Positions 1 through 7,467 of a stretch of DNA of 32,000 nucleotides are shown piece by piece. Below the pieces are notes generated by a model. The model saw nothing but the letters and a program-made list of their open reading frames with translations, did no database searches and had not been told where the DNA came from. The number at the start of each line of letters is the position of its first letter. Position 1 is the stretch's first letter. Source of the stretch: Vibrio vulnificus CMCP6 (lineage in GTDB: Bacteria; Pseudomonadota; Gammaproteobacteria; Enterobacterales; Vibrionaceae); NCBI RefSeq assembly GCF_000039765.1, contig NC_004460.2:1620001-1652000 (forward strand), read 5' to 3'. Both the position numbers and the translations under genes were made by a program.

Positions 1-128
1 ATTGTGCCACTCACAGCTCAGACAAATACGTATTCTGGGGCGTGACGCATCCCACCACGGCAGTGCACAAATACATCGCCGAGAAAATGCTCGCACCAGG
101 GGCAGGCATGCAACGCTTTAATTTTTAG
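1..128 (+). CDS. SGNH/GDSL phospholipase (thermolabile-hemolysin / PlpA-like), C-terminal fragment; 5' end lies outside the window
   Basis: Frame 3 reads ..CATHSSDKYVFWGVTHPTTAVHKYIAEKMLAPGAGMQRFNF* with the stop at 126-128. FWGVTHPT is SGNH block V (normally DxxH) with Gly at the Asp position. As I recall, this is a hallmark of Vibrio TLH/PlpA-type phospholipases. Confidence 0.55.
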   Translation, partial: CATHSSDKYVFWGVTHPTTAVHKYIAEKMLAPGAGMQRFNF

Positions 129-164
129 GTCAACAGAACCTAATACCTCTTAGCGTTAACAATG

Positions 165-197
165 AAAACGGAAGCCAAGTGCTTCCGTTTTCTATTT
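165..197 (+). terminator. Rho-independent terminator after the lipase gene
   Basis: Perfect 11-bp stem AAAACGGAAGC / GCTTCCGTTTT (165-175 and 181-191) with loop CAAGT, followed by TTTTCTATTT. Confidence 0.7.
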
Positions 198-323
198 AGG
201 ATGGAATGGAGGAGGGGGGACAAATTTCATTTGTGCCTGAAATTCACTAATGCTTTTCCAAATACTGGGATAATCGTTTTCTCTGCCATGGATTACACTT
301 GAAAGTAATAACGCGCATTCGCC

Positions 324-339
324 TGTGACCCTTGTCACA
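324..339. promoter_or_regulatory. CRP-type palindrome TGTGA-N6-TCACA upstream of kbl
   Basis: TGTGACCCTTGTCACA has perfect half-sites. A perfect TATAAT hexamer at 352-357 lies 12 nt downstream, and the kbl ATG is at 403. Confidence 0.5.
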
Positions 340-402
340 TAAAGGCTGCCCTATAATCAGCCGACCTCAAGGTTGGCCAATCAAACTGGAAGGAAATTCT
401 CC

Positions 403-1596
403 ATGTCGTCTGCATTTTACCAGCAAATTCGCGATCAACTTGAAGATGTGAAAGCGGAAGGTCTCTACAAATCTGAACGTATTATTACTTCTCACCAGCA
501 AGCAGCCGTTAAGATTGCCAGTGGCGAAGAAGTGTTGAACTTCTGTGCCAACAACTACCTAGGTTTGGCGAACCACCCTGCGCTGATTGAAGCGGCAAAA
601 GAGGGCATGGACGGCCACGGTTTTGGTATGGCGTCTGTGCGCTTTATCTGTGGTACACAAGACATCCATAAAGAGCTAGAGCAAAAGCTTTCTCAATTCC
701 TAGGTAAAGAAGACACCATCCTTTACACCTCTTGTTTCGATGCCAACGCGGGCCTATTTGAAACCTTGCTGGACAAAGAAGACGCGATCATCTCTGACGC
801 ACTAAACCACGCTTCTATCATCGACGGTGTGCGCCTATGTAAAGCAATGCGTTTCCGCTACTCAAACAACAACATGGCCGAGCTAGAAGAGCAATTGATC
901 GCAGCGGATGCCGCTGGCGCTCGCCACAAATTGATCGTCACTGACGGCGTGTTCTCAATGGATGGTGTGGTTGCGAACCTACCAGCAATTTGTGACCTTG
1001 CGGACAAATACAACGCGCTTGTGATGGTGGATGACTCTCACGCCGTCGGTTTTATGGGCAAAAACGGCGCAGGCACGCACGAGTATCATAACGTGATGGA
1101 TCGCATCGACATCATCACTGGTACGCTTGGCAAAGCGATGGGTGGCGCATCAGGCGGTTACACATCCGCAAAAGCAGAAGTGATCGACTGGTTACGTCAG
1201 CGTTCTCGTCCATACCTATTCTCAAACTCAGTGGCACCTGCCATTGTTGCCGCCTCAATTCGCGTATTGGATTTGCTACAAGAAAGTGGCGATCTACGTG
1301 AGCGTCTATGGGAAAACGCAGCGCACTTCCGCACGCGTATGGAAGCGGCTGGCTTCACCATGGGTGGTGCCGATCACGCTATCATTCCAATCATGCTAGG
1401 CGATGCCAAAGTGGCCGCAGAGTTTGCTGAGCGTGCCCTTGCAAAAGGCATCTACGTCATTGGTTTCTCTTTCCCTGTGGTACCAAAAGGCCAAGCACGT
1501 ATTCGTACGCAAATGTCTGCGGCGCACTCACGCGAGCAACTAGACCGCGCGATCGATGCCTTCATCGAAGTGGGCAAAGACATGGGTATCATCTAG
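403..1596 (+). CDS. kbl: 2-amino-3-ketobutyrate CoA ligase (glycine C-acetyltransferase)
   Basis: 397 aa from ATG 403, with a GGAAGGA Shine-Dalgarno just upstream. The track's TTG start at 373 adds 10 unconserved residues. The protein is colinear with E. coli Kbl as I recall it: [57 protein letters not shown]-lysine motif [15 protein letters not shown] and [15 protein letters not shown]. Confidence 0.97.
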   Translation: MSSAFYQQIRDQLEDVKAEGLYKSERIITSHQQAAVKIASGEEVLNFCANNYLGLANHPALIEAAKEGMDGHGFGMASVRFICGTQDIHKELEQKLSQFLGKEDTILYTSCFDANAGLFETLLDKEDAIISDALNHASIIDGVRLCKAMRFRYSNNNMAELEEQLIAADAAGARHKLIVTDGVFSMDGVVANLPAICDLADKYNALVMVDDSHAVGFMGKNGAGTHEYHNVMDRIDIITGTLGKAMGGASGGYTSAKAEVIDWLRQRSRPYLFSNSVAPAIVAASIRVLDLLQESGDLRERLWENAAHFRTRMEAAGFTMGGADHAIIPIMLGDAKVAAEFAERALAKGIYVIGFSFPVVPKGQARIRTQMSAAHSREQLDRAIDAFIEVGKDMGII

Positions 1597-1600
1597 GATT

Positions 1601-1630
1601 CTAGTACCTAGTACCTAGTACCTAGTACCT
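1601..1630. repeat. Heptanucleotide tandem repeat (CTAGTAC)x4 in the kbl-tdh intergenic spacer
   Basis: CTAGTAC occurs at 1601, 1608, 1615 and 1622, followed by CT. The repeat starts 5 nt after the kbl stop and ends 18 nt before the tdh ATG. It places TAG in all three frames. Confidence 0.95.
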
Positions 1631-1647
1631 TTATTTAAGGCTAAATT

Positions 1648-2679
1648 ATGAAAATCAAAGCACTATCAAAGCTAAAGCCAGAAGAAGGCATTTGGATGAC
1701 CGAAGTGGACAAGCCTGTTCTTGGCCACAACGATCTGCTGATCAAAATTAAGAAAACCGCGATTTGTGGTACCGACGTACACATCTACAACTGGGACGAA
1801 TGGTCACAAAAAACCATCCCAGTACCTATGGTGGTTGGCCATGAATACGTGGGTGAAGTGGTTGGCATTGGCCAAGAAGTTCGTGGTTTTGAGATCGGTG
1901 ACCGCGTTTCTGGCGAAGGTCACATCACTTGTGGCCACTGTCGTAACTGCCGTGGTGGCCGCACGCACTTGTGCCGCAACACCATTGGTGTGGGCGTAAA
2001 CCGCACAGGTTGTTTCTCTGAATACCTTGTGATCCCAGCGTTCAACGCCTTTAAAATCCCTGCAAACATCTCTGATGATCTTGCGTCTATCTTCGACCCG
2101 TTTGGCAACGCAGTACACACTGCACTGTCGTTCGATCTGGTTGGTGAAGATGTACTGATCACCGGCGCTGGCCCAATCGGCATTATGGCGGCTGCGGTCG
2201 CGAAGCACGTTGGTGCGCGCCACGTCGTGATCACCGATGTGAACGAATACCGTCTAGACCTCGCACGCAAAATGGGTGTGACTCGCGCGGTGAACGTTGC
2301 CGAGCAGAAACTTGACGATGTGATGGCAGAGCTAGGCATGACAGAAGGCTTCGATGTGGGCCTGGAAATGTCGGGCAACCCATCAGCATTCAACTCAATG
2401 CTGAAAACCATGAACCACGGTGGCCGCATTGCACTGCTTGGCATTCCACCATCAGACATGGGCATCGATTGGAACCAAGTGATCTTCAAAGGCTTGGTGA
2501 TCAAAGGTATCTATGGCCGTGAAATGTTTGAAACTTGGTACAAGATGGCAAGCTTGATTCAATCTGGCCTTGACCTAACACCAATTATCACTCACCACTT
2601 CAAAGTGGATGATTTCCAGCAAGGCTTCGACATCATGCGCAGCGGCATGTCAGGCAAAGTGATCCTTGATTGGGAATAA
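1648..2679 (+). CDS. tdh: L-threonine 3-dehydrogenase (Zn-dependent MDR family)
   Basis: 343 aa, near-colinear with E. coli Tdh as I recall it: [35 protein letters not shown], structural-Zn cysteines [21 protein letters not shown], and the NAD fold [20 protein letters not shown]. The kbl-tdh order is the classical operon order. Confidence 0.97.
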   Translation: MKIKALSKLKPEEGIWMTEVDKPVLGHNDLLIKIKKTAICGTDVHIYNWDEWSQKTIPVPMVVGHEYVGEVVGIGQEVRGFEIGDRVSGEGHITCGHCRNCRGGRTHLCRNTIGVGVNRTGCFSEYLVIPAFNAFKIPANISDDLASIFDPFGNAVHTALSFDLVGEDVLITGAGPIGIMAAAVAKHVGARHVVITDVNEYRLDLARKMGVTRAVNVAEQKLDDVMAELGMTEGFDVGLEMSGNPSAFNSMLKTMNHGGRIALLGIPPSDMGIDWNQVIFKGLVIKGIYGREMFETWYKMASLIQSGLDLTPIITHHFKVDDFQQGFDIMRSGMSGKVILDWE

Positions 2680-2703
2680 TCGGCCCTAGCCAAAAATAAC
2701 GAA

Positions 2704-2728
2704 AGCGCTCCGAAAGGGGCGCTTTTTG
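2704..2728. terminator. Hairpin terminator after tdh (possibly bidirectional)
   Basis: AGCGCTCC-GAAA-GGGGCGCT is an 8-bp stem with one U-G pair and a GNRA-type loop. It is followed by TTTTTG on the plus strand and preceded by an A-rich run that serves the minus strand. Confidence 0.75.
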
Positions 2729-2750
2729 TATTTCATAAAGGCGAAAACCA

Positions 2751-3218
2751 TCAGTTGACGTCGCAGAAAGCAAAATGCGATTGATGCTTGTCCACTTGTG
2801 ACGCACTGTTTTTGGCTGCCTGAACGAAGGAGATGGCAGCGCTAAATTGTGCACCTACTCCTGGCCAGTAATATTCATCATTGTCAGAACACAGGGTAAT
2901 GATGACGGGAGTGGTATCTAAAGTCACATCCTCATCTTGTTCAACATAGAGCGTATATCGAATCCGTTTATGTTGTTTGCCGCGAAGTGTCTCAATAACT
3001 TCAGCTTCATAAACAAACTGGGTTATAGAGCCAGTATCAGATTCGTTGATAACGTCGACATTAGTGTGTCTAACAACCGCTGAATAAGGTGTGTTGACAA
3101 TGGCTTCTATTAAAAATGGTGCTTGTGTCTCGAACACTTCGCTATCTGTGTCACTTTTAGCTGAAGTGCTACTCGCCATCAAAACAACCAATATAAGAAG
3201 GTTCATATTACTTTTCAT
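2751..3218 (-). CDS. Hypothetical secreted protein
   Basis: The likely start is MKSNMNLLILVVLMASSTSA (Sec-type signal peptide) rather than the track's start at 3248. No family is recognisable by eye. The gene is AT-rich. Confidence 0.55.
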   Translation of the reverse strand: MKSNMNLLILVVLMASSTSAKSDTDSEVFETQAPFLIEAIVNTPYSAVVRHTNVDVINESDTGSITQFVYEAEVIETLRGKQHKRIRYTLYVEQDEDVTLDTTPVIITLCSDNDEYYWPGVGAQFSAAISFVQAAKNSASQVDKHQSHFAFCDVN

Positions 3219-3273
3219 ATGGTTATATAGAGTCTTGTGCTTAAGCAATGAGTTAAATCTAAGTTTTTAAGCA

Positions 3274-3759
3274 TCAATGCTGACCGCCGATACCTATGTA
3301 TAAGTTGATGGTTTCATCTAATATGGCATTTTCGTAACGTTCCTTTGTTCCTTGCACCTCTAAAGTATCAAATTTAGCTTCAATCATTCCGTCGAGTTCA
3401 TTGCTGTTTTTGAACCATGTTGGGAAGAAATCGGTATTAATGACCAAATTATGCTTGTTCTTTATTTCGTTGATTATTGTATTGGTTCTCGATTTGACCT
3501 TATTGAACGATAAAGAACTTGAAGAATAGTGGATGTCGTAGTTGTTCATCAGACAATATTGATTCTCGAAGATCAGTTGGTCGCCATCTGAAAAAATGTA
3601 GTAGTACCTCAATATGTTTTCACCACTTTCTGTATCTATACCTTCAAAAACGTAGGAGACCGAAGAGCTTTCAACCAAAGGCATGATTGGTGATTTATCA
3701 CAAGAGTATGAATAAAAGGAAAATGTTGATAAAAATATTGTGATTAAAAAGTGCCGCAT
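3274..3759 (-). CDS. Hypothetical secreted protein or lipoprotein
   Basis: The likely start is MRHFLITIFLSTFSFYSYSC, a hydrophobic leader ending in Cys (weak lipobox). No family is recognisable. The gene is AT-rich. Confidence 0.5.
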   Translation of the reverse strand: MRHFLITIFLSTFSFYSYSCDKSPIMPLVESSSVSYVFEGIDTESGENILRYYYIFSDGDQLIFENQYCLMNNYDIHYSSSSLSFNKVKSRTNTIINEIKNKHNLVINTDFFPTWFKNSNELDGMIEAKFDTLEVQGTKERYENAILDETINLYIGIGGQH

Positions 3760-3961
3760 GTTTATTTCTGACAAGCTAGTAGGTTTAGGGACATTTTTAA
3801 ACAAGGATTGCGTATTTCAATAGTGATAGGAGTATTTCTGCCGTTCATTAGGCAGATATCAAATTACTAGAAAGGATTAACTTCATTTTTATAAGTTATC
3901 CCTGTCCGAATTGGATCTTTAACGGTGTTGATTGCACATTGTTCAATGTCACGCGATTTCG

Positions 3962-4030
3962 AGCTAACCAGATAGTGAGTCAGCGTTTATGGGGCTCACT
4001 CACTTACCTCTGGCTTGCAACTCTAAGTCG
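3962..4030 (-). repeat. Short attC-like imperfect palindrome (candidate decayed attC of the OGFr-like cassette)
   Basis: CTAAC-CCAGATAGTGAGTCAGC...GGCTCACTCACTTACCTCTGG forms a bulged inverted repeat about 50 nt 3' of the 4076-4585 ORF. The minus-strand core GTTAGCT fits GTTRRRY with one mismatch. The opposite core is not recognisable. Confidence 0.3.
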
Positions 4031-4075
4031 CTAGGGTATACAAGCCAACTTGATCAGATGCTTACTTCTTGCTTT

Positions 4076-4585
4076 CTATTTTTCTCTCTCTTCTAGAGCA
4101 TAGCACCAATACTGCTGCGTTTTCTCCGAGACACTGCCCACTTGCTTGGTGGCAGAGAGGAGGAAATCACACAGGTTGCGTGCAATGCGCTCATTACCCA
4201 ATAGATACAAGCTGCGAATTGCTCGCGTTAATCGTAGTTGGTTGTGGTCGTGGTGTTTAAGCCAGACATGATTAGTAGGGGTGAGCGGCAGTAACGATGA
4301 GATTTCATCGCCATTTCTCACCATGCCCCAAAATTCGAGCATAAGATCGAGAGCCTTCAAATGTGCGGTGCGAAGGGCTAAAGAGTTGGCAAATTGCTCT
4401 CTGTCTTGCGCTGTTACAAGAGGAGCGTGTTGATTGAACTTGGTTCCCTCGTCAATCGGAAACAGCACTTGTATGTATTTGTGGTCGTGCTCCAACCAAA
4501 AGTGGTTGTAAGCCAGCAACTGTTCTATGTTGCGACCGAACTTGTCTGGCGCTTCGCCAGAGATGAAACGAGCAATCTCACTCAT
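4076..4585 (-). CDS. Opioid-growth-factor-receptor (OGFr) N-terminal-domain-like protein
   Basis: 169 aa. The block WLEHDHKYIQVLFPIDEGTKFNQHAPL...ALDLMLEFWG...HNQLRLTRAIRSLYLLG parallels the human OGFR conserved region as I recall it (LEWNHSYIQWLFPLRE...AKPL...YELMLGFYG...HNNLRITRILKSLGELG). Confidence 0.7.
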   Translation of the reverse strand: MSEIARFISGEAPDKFGRNIEQLLAYNHFWLEHDHKYIQVLFPIDEGTKFNQHAPLVTAQDREQFANSLALRTAHLKALDLMLEFWGMVRNGDEISSLLPLTPTNHVWLKHHDHNQLRLTRAIRSLYLLGNERIARNLCDFLLSATKQVGSVSEKTQQYWCYALEEREK

Positions 4586-4661
4586 TGTAAATCCTGTAAA
4601 ACTCTGTAGTGGGGGAATGTGTTTTGAGTGAAGCCTTCACAACGCCACAGTGAAGCGGTGG

Positions 4662-4925
4662 TTAACGTTTTTCACACTCTTTTTTATCTTTGAATAAGTT
4701 TGTAAGTGCCGTTGCTTCCGTCCGCTCAAGATCTTGGTATGCGTCAAAAGCATCGCCATTTTTGTAGCCTAATAAGCATAAACCGCCTTGAATGATCAAG
4801 GTAAAAAGCGACACAACAAGCACCAAAAACGGGATCACACCAAACATATCAATCGAAATCAAAATGGAAGACAAGACGATAGCAATGGCAGAAATCACGA
4901 CTTTAACTTTGCTAGTAAAAACCAT
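4662..4925 (-). CDS. Small two-pass membrane protein, unknown function
   Basis: 87 aa with two hydrophobic spans (VVISAIAIVLSSILISI and VIPFLVLVVSLFTLIIQGGLCLL) and a charged C-terminal tail. Confidence 0.5.
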   Translation of the reverse strand: MVFTSKVKVVISAIAIVLSSILISIDMFGVIPFLVLVVSLFTLIIQGGLCLLGYKNGDAFDAYQDLERTEATALTNLFKDKKECEKR

Positions 4926-5009
4926 AACGCACTCTAATATTGGGAATTTTAGCCATTTTATAAGTTCTCAGTTGCGCATAGTGATTGCTTGGTCACATGA
5001 AAGCGACAG

Positions 5010-5113
5010 AGACCACGCCGCAGGGCGGGTATGTAGTGATGTGGGGGGCCGATTTGAGTTCTAAGCCCAACGCATGTGGGGATGCGTTGGGGATTCTTAA
5101 ATGCTTTGTTAAC
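5010..5113 (-). repeat. attC, same family but shortened, with a mutated R' core
   Basis: The right part, CCCAACGCAT-GTGGGG-ATGCGTTGGGGATTCTTAAATGCTTTGTTAAC, aligns with the family motif CCCAACG..GCGTTGGGAATCACTCTTAAACAG.TTGTTA. The left part, ACCACGCCGCAGGGCGGGT, aligns with CTAACGCCGCATTAAGGTGT, but TAAC is replaced by CCAC. Confidence 0.6.
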
Positions 5114-5162
5114 TGAGCGCGTCACTATTCACGCTCACGAATGGCAAGAGCGCATGATCATA

Positions 5163-5990
5163 TTATTTTTCTTCAACAAGTCGAAAACCTACATATGGCT
5201 CTCGAATATCAATATGCCTTGCCCAGTAGGTATGAGGAACTAAATCTTGTCCCGGTAAAAACCACCCTCCGCCGACAAACAAGTAAACTGCACATTCTTG
5301 ACTTCCTTTTTCTCGTTTAGGTAAACATTGCTCTACCCACTCTCCTACATTTCCTAGCATGTCAAAAACGCCAAACCGATTTGGAGGAAAAGAGCCTACT
5401 TGTGCGGTTTGTTTATTACTCCAAGCTGTGCCACAGTTATTGCAGTTAGCGTTGCTGGCCTTAGGTGGGTTTCCCCAATCATAACTCTCCGACATACCTG
5501 CTCTCGCAACATACTCCCACTCAGCACGCGTAGGTAAGCGGTATTTTTTACCAAACTTGGCATTAGCCCAGTCTATATAACCTTGCACATCAGAATAACT
5601 TACATTGATAACGGGACGAGTTCCTCTACCCCAACCCATATCATCAGGGTATTGACAGACTTCCCCTTCTACACATGGCGCTTTTATAGGACGATTTTTA
5701 TATGCCCAGTCAGATTTAGGCTTTTGACAGCCTCCATCAGAAACACAGGCGTCCCATTGTTCCATTGTGACTTCAAATTTACCGATGCGAAAAGAAGGAA
5801 CTGCAATATTGCGTAATATAAACTCTGGTTCGCTGCAAATTCTCGCATCATCAGGACATGTATAAAGATCAACGTTACCCTTTGGAACATCTATCATTTC
5901 TAAAATAGTAAGTTGACTCTCTGCATACACTTTCAAAGAGATACAGCTGATACTTACAATCCAAAAAAACAGACTAACAACTCTTACCAC
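5163..5990 (-). CDS. Secreted formylglycine-generating-enzyme (FGE/SUMF1) family protein
   Basis: 275 aa from a GTG start with an AGAGGG Shine-Dalgarno. The signal peptide is VVSLFFWIVSISCISLKVYA. FGE-sulfatase domain motifs are present: FRIGKFEVT..QW, YRLPTRAEWEYVARAG, FGVFDMLGNVGEWV and GFRLV. Confidence 0.8.
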   Translation of the reverse strand: MVRVVSLFFWIVSISCISLKVYAESQLTILEMIDVPKGNVDLYTCPDDARICSEPEFILRNIAVPSFRIGKFEVTMEQWDACVSDGGCQKPKSDWAYKNRPIKAPCVEGEVCQYPDDMGWGRGTRPVINVSYSDVQGYIDWANAKFGKKYRLPTRAEWEYVARAGMSESYDWGNPPKASNANCNNCGTAWSNKQTAQVGSFPPNRFGVFDMLGNVGEWVEQCLPKREKGSQECAVYLFVGGGWFLPGQDLVPHTYWARHIDIREPYVGFRLVEEK

Positions 5991-6023
5991 ATTACCCTCT
6001 CTTAAATAACGACCAATTGCCAG

Positions 6024-6149
6024 TTAACACCGCGTTAAGGTGTGGGTGGCGCCACCACGAAACCTAACCAGACCACCGCAAATACAAAACCCAACGATGG
6101 AATGAAAAATGCCACGCGTTGGGAATCACTTTTAAATTGTTTGTTAGTT
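6024..6149 (-). repeat. attC recombination site (VCR-like, ~125 bp)
   Basis: Plus-strand TTAAC...GTTAG with imperfect internal dyads. It aligns along its whole length with the copies at 6782 and 8124. Its reverse complement resembles the V. cholerae VCR layout as I recall it (TAACAA..TTAAGAG..CAACGC....GCGTTAG). Confidence 0.85.
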
Positions 6150-6205
6150 GCCCATCTCAAAGCCTAGTGCTAACATTTGTACACACACCAACAAAGGAAT
6201 ACATC

Positions 6206-6490
6206 ATGGACACTAGAATTCAATTTCGTGTTGATGAAGAAACAAAACGCCTAGCTCAACAAATGGCTGAGAGCCAAGGTCGCACTCTTAGTGACGCATG
6301 CCGTGAACTTACTGAGCAACTCGCTGAACAACAAAGAAAAACATTGTCTCACGATGCATGGCTAACTGAACAAGTAAATCTAGCATTTGAGAAGTTTGAC
6401 TCAGGAAAATCCGTTTTCATTGAGCACCAAACTGCTAAATCTCGAATGGAAGAGCGCAAAGCCAGAATCCGTAATCGAGGTAAGCAATGA
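6206..6490 (+). CDS. RelB/DinJ-family (ribbon-helix-helix) antitoxin
   Basis: 94 aa from ATG 6206 with an AAGGAA Shine-Dalgarno. The track's start at 6119 would run into the attC. The N-terminus TRIQFRVDEETKRLAQQMAESQGRTLSDACRE is DinJ/RelB-like. The stop overlaps the toxin start (ATGA). Confidence 0.8.
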   Translation: MDTRIQFRVDEETKRLAQQMAESQGRTLSDACRELTEQLAEQQRKTLSHDAWLTEQVNLAFEKFDSGKSVFIEHQTAKSRMEERKARIRNRGKQ

Positions 6491-6765
6491 TTTTATGGGA
6501 AGAAGAGTCACTTAATGATCGTGAAAAGATCTTCGAGTTTCTCTATGACTTCAACCCTGATGTGCCAGAAAAAACTGACAACCTCATTGAAGCAAAAGTA
6601 GAAAACTTGCTTGAACAACCTTTAATGGGTGTACAACGAGATAGCATCCTCGGTCGATTACTCATTATTCCTGAGATTTCGATGGTTATCTCTTACTGGG
6701 TCGAGGGCGATATCATCCGAGTTATGCGTGTCCTCCACCAGAAACAAAAATTCCCTACGGATTGA
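6487..6765 (+). CDS. ParE/RelE-superfamily toxin
   Basis: 92 aa. ILWEEESLNDREKIFEFLYD...GRLLIIPE..MVISYWVEGDIIRVMRVLHQKQKFP is the typical RelE/ParE fold signature. The gene is coupled by a 4-nt overlap to the upstream antitoxin. Confidence 0.85.
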   Translation: MILWEEESLNDREKIFEFLYDFNPDVPEKTDNLIEAKVENLLEQPLMGVQRDSILGRLLIIPEISMVISYWVEGDIIRVMRVLHQKQKFPTD

Positions 6766-6781
6766 TTGCTTCCTCTGGGGA

Positions 6782-6906
6782 ATTAACGCCCTGTTAAGGG
6801 GTGAGCAACGCAATACCTAAGCCGCCGCATACCACCTTAAACACTAAAACCAACGCATAGTAAAAATGCCACGCATTGCGAATCACTCTTAAACAGTTTG
6901 TTAGAA
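6782..6906 (-). repeat. attC recombination site (VCR-like, ~125 bp)
   Basis: ATTAACGCCCTGTTAAGGGGTGAGCAACGC....GAATCACTCTTAAACAGTTTGTTAGAA. It is homologous to 6024-6149 and 8124-8251 and abuts the stop of the 6915 ORF. Confidence 0.85.
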
Positions 6907-6914
6907 TATTGCCT

Positions 6915-7458
6915 TTAGGGAGCATTCATACCTGACACTTTAAGATGGCCTACATATATGAGCTTGGAGTTATTTGCTAGATCTTTCGGTGTTGTTTGGC
7001 TTGAAAACCACTCCAATGGTACTCCTGCCTTTTTATAAGAAAATGCTACTAGCTCAGAACAATAAAAGTCGCTCTCTGGTGAAATTAGGTTAGCCATTGT
7101 TGGTAGCATTCCAAGTGCTGCTCTACCAGCACCACTCGAACCAATAGCACCTGAAAGATCGTATTGTTTACCAAGTTGTTTTCTGGCATAGGTCATAATC
7201 TTATTTTTGAGCTTCAGATAGGCCAGGGTATCTATATACGACTGTATAAAGATCGCCTTTCATAACATCGACTAATTTGACTTTGACTACTTCGGGATCA
7301 ATAGCTTCAATAATATGCTCACCACCCACATAAAGTCGAGCATGACTGTAATTTGAAATTGTTGCCAATTTTACGACCTTTGAAACTGCTTCATTTGTTG
7401 TCGATAGAATGACATCACCTTTTTGGAGTTGCCCAAGTGTGATAACTTTAGTTGACAT
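6915..7458 (-). pseudogene. Permuted papain-like (YiiX/C92, NlpC/P60-superfamily-like) hydrolase, split by a frameshift
   Basis: The 7201-7458 ORF carries the His half (GDVILS..SNYSHARLYVG) and the 6915-7196 ORF carries the Cys half (DFYCSELVAFSY). The downstream frame stays open upstream as ..LKNKIMTYARKQLGK. Adding one A to the A5 run (plus-strand T5 at 7204-7208) would fuse both halves into ..EAQKNKIMTYARKQ.. Confidence 0.65.
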
Positions 7459-7467
7459 TTTATTCCC

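Noticed and set aside
1766-2504. ORFs overlapping tdh (1766-1999 on the plus strand, 1804-2223 and 1920-2504 on the minus strand).
   Set aside because: They are off-frame or antisense to a gene whose product is near-identical in layout to E. coli Tdh. They are spurious.
2694-2760. A possible terminal attC: AAATAAC ... GTTGACG flanking the GC hairpin after tdh.
   Set aside because: Both cores fit RYYYAAC/GTTRRRY poorly, and the arms next to the cores are not complementary. The hairpin plus T-run is fully explained as the tdh terminator.
4586-4661. A possible short attC after the 4662-4925 ORF: GTTAAC at the stop codon and the dyad GCTTCAC-N9-GTGAAGGC with an extra G.
   Set aside because: Only one core is present and no matching R' core lies on the other side. 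The evidence is too weak to call. It is mentioned only as part of the attC decay gradient.
4792-5064. The 90-aa plus-strand ORF spanning the small membrane-protein gene and the decayed attC.
   Set aside because: It is antisense to a plausible two-pass membrane protein, runs into the attC repeat and has no Shine-Dalgarno. It is likely spurious.
6119-6205. The N-terminal extension of the antitoxin ORF given in the track (start at 6119).
   Set aside because: The extension begins inside the attC repeat and is hydrophobic and non-conserved-looking. The ATG at 6206 has a good Shine-Dalgarno and gives the canonical ribbon-helix-helix N-terminus.
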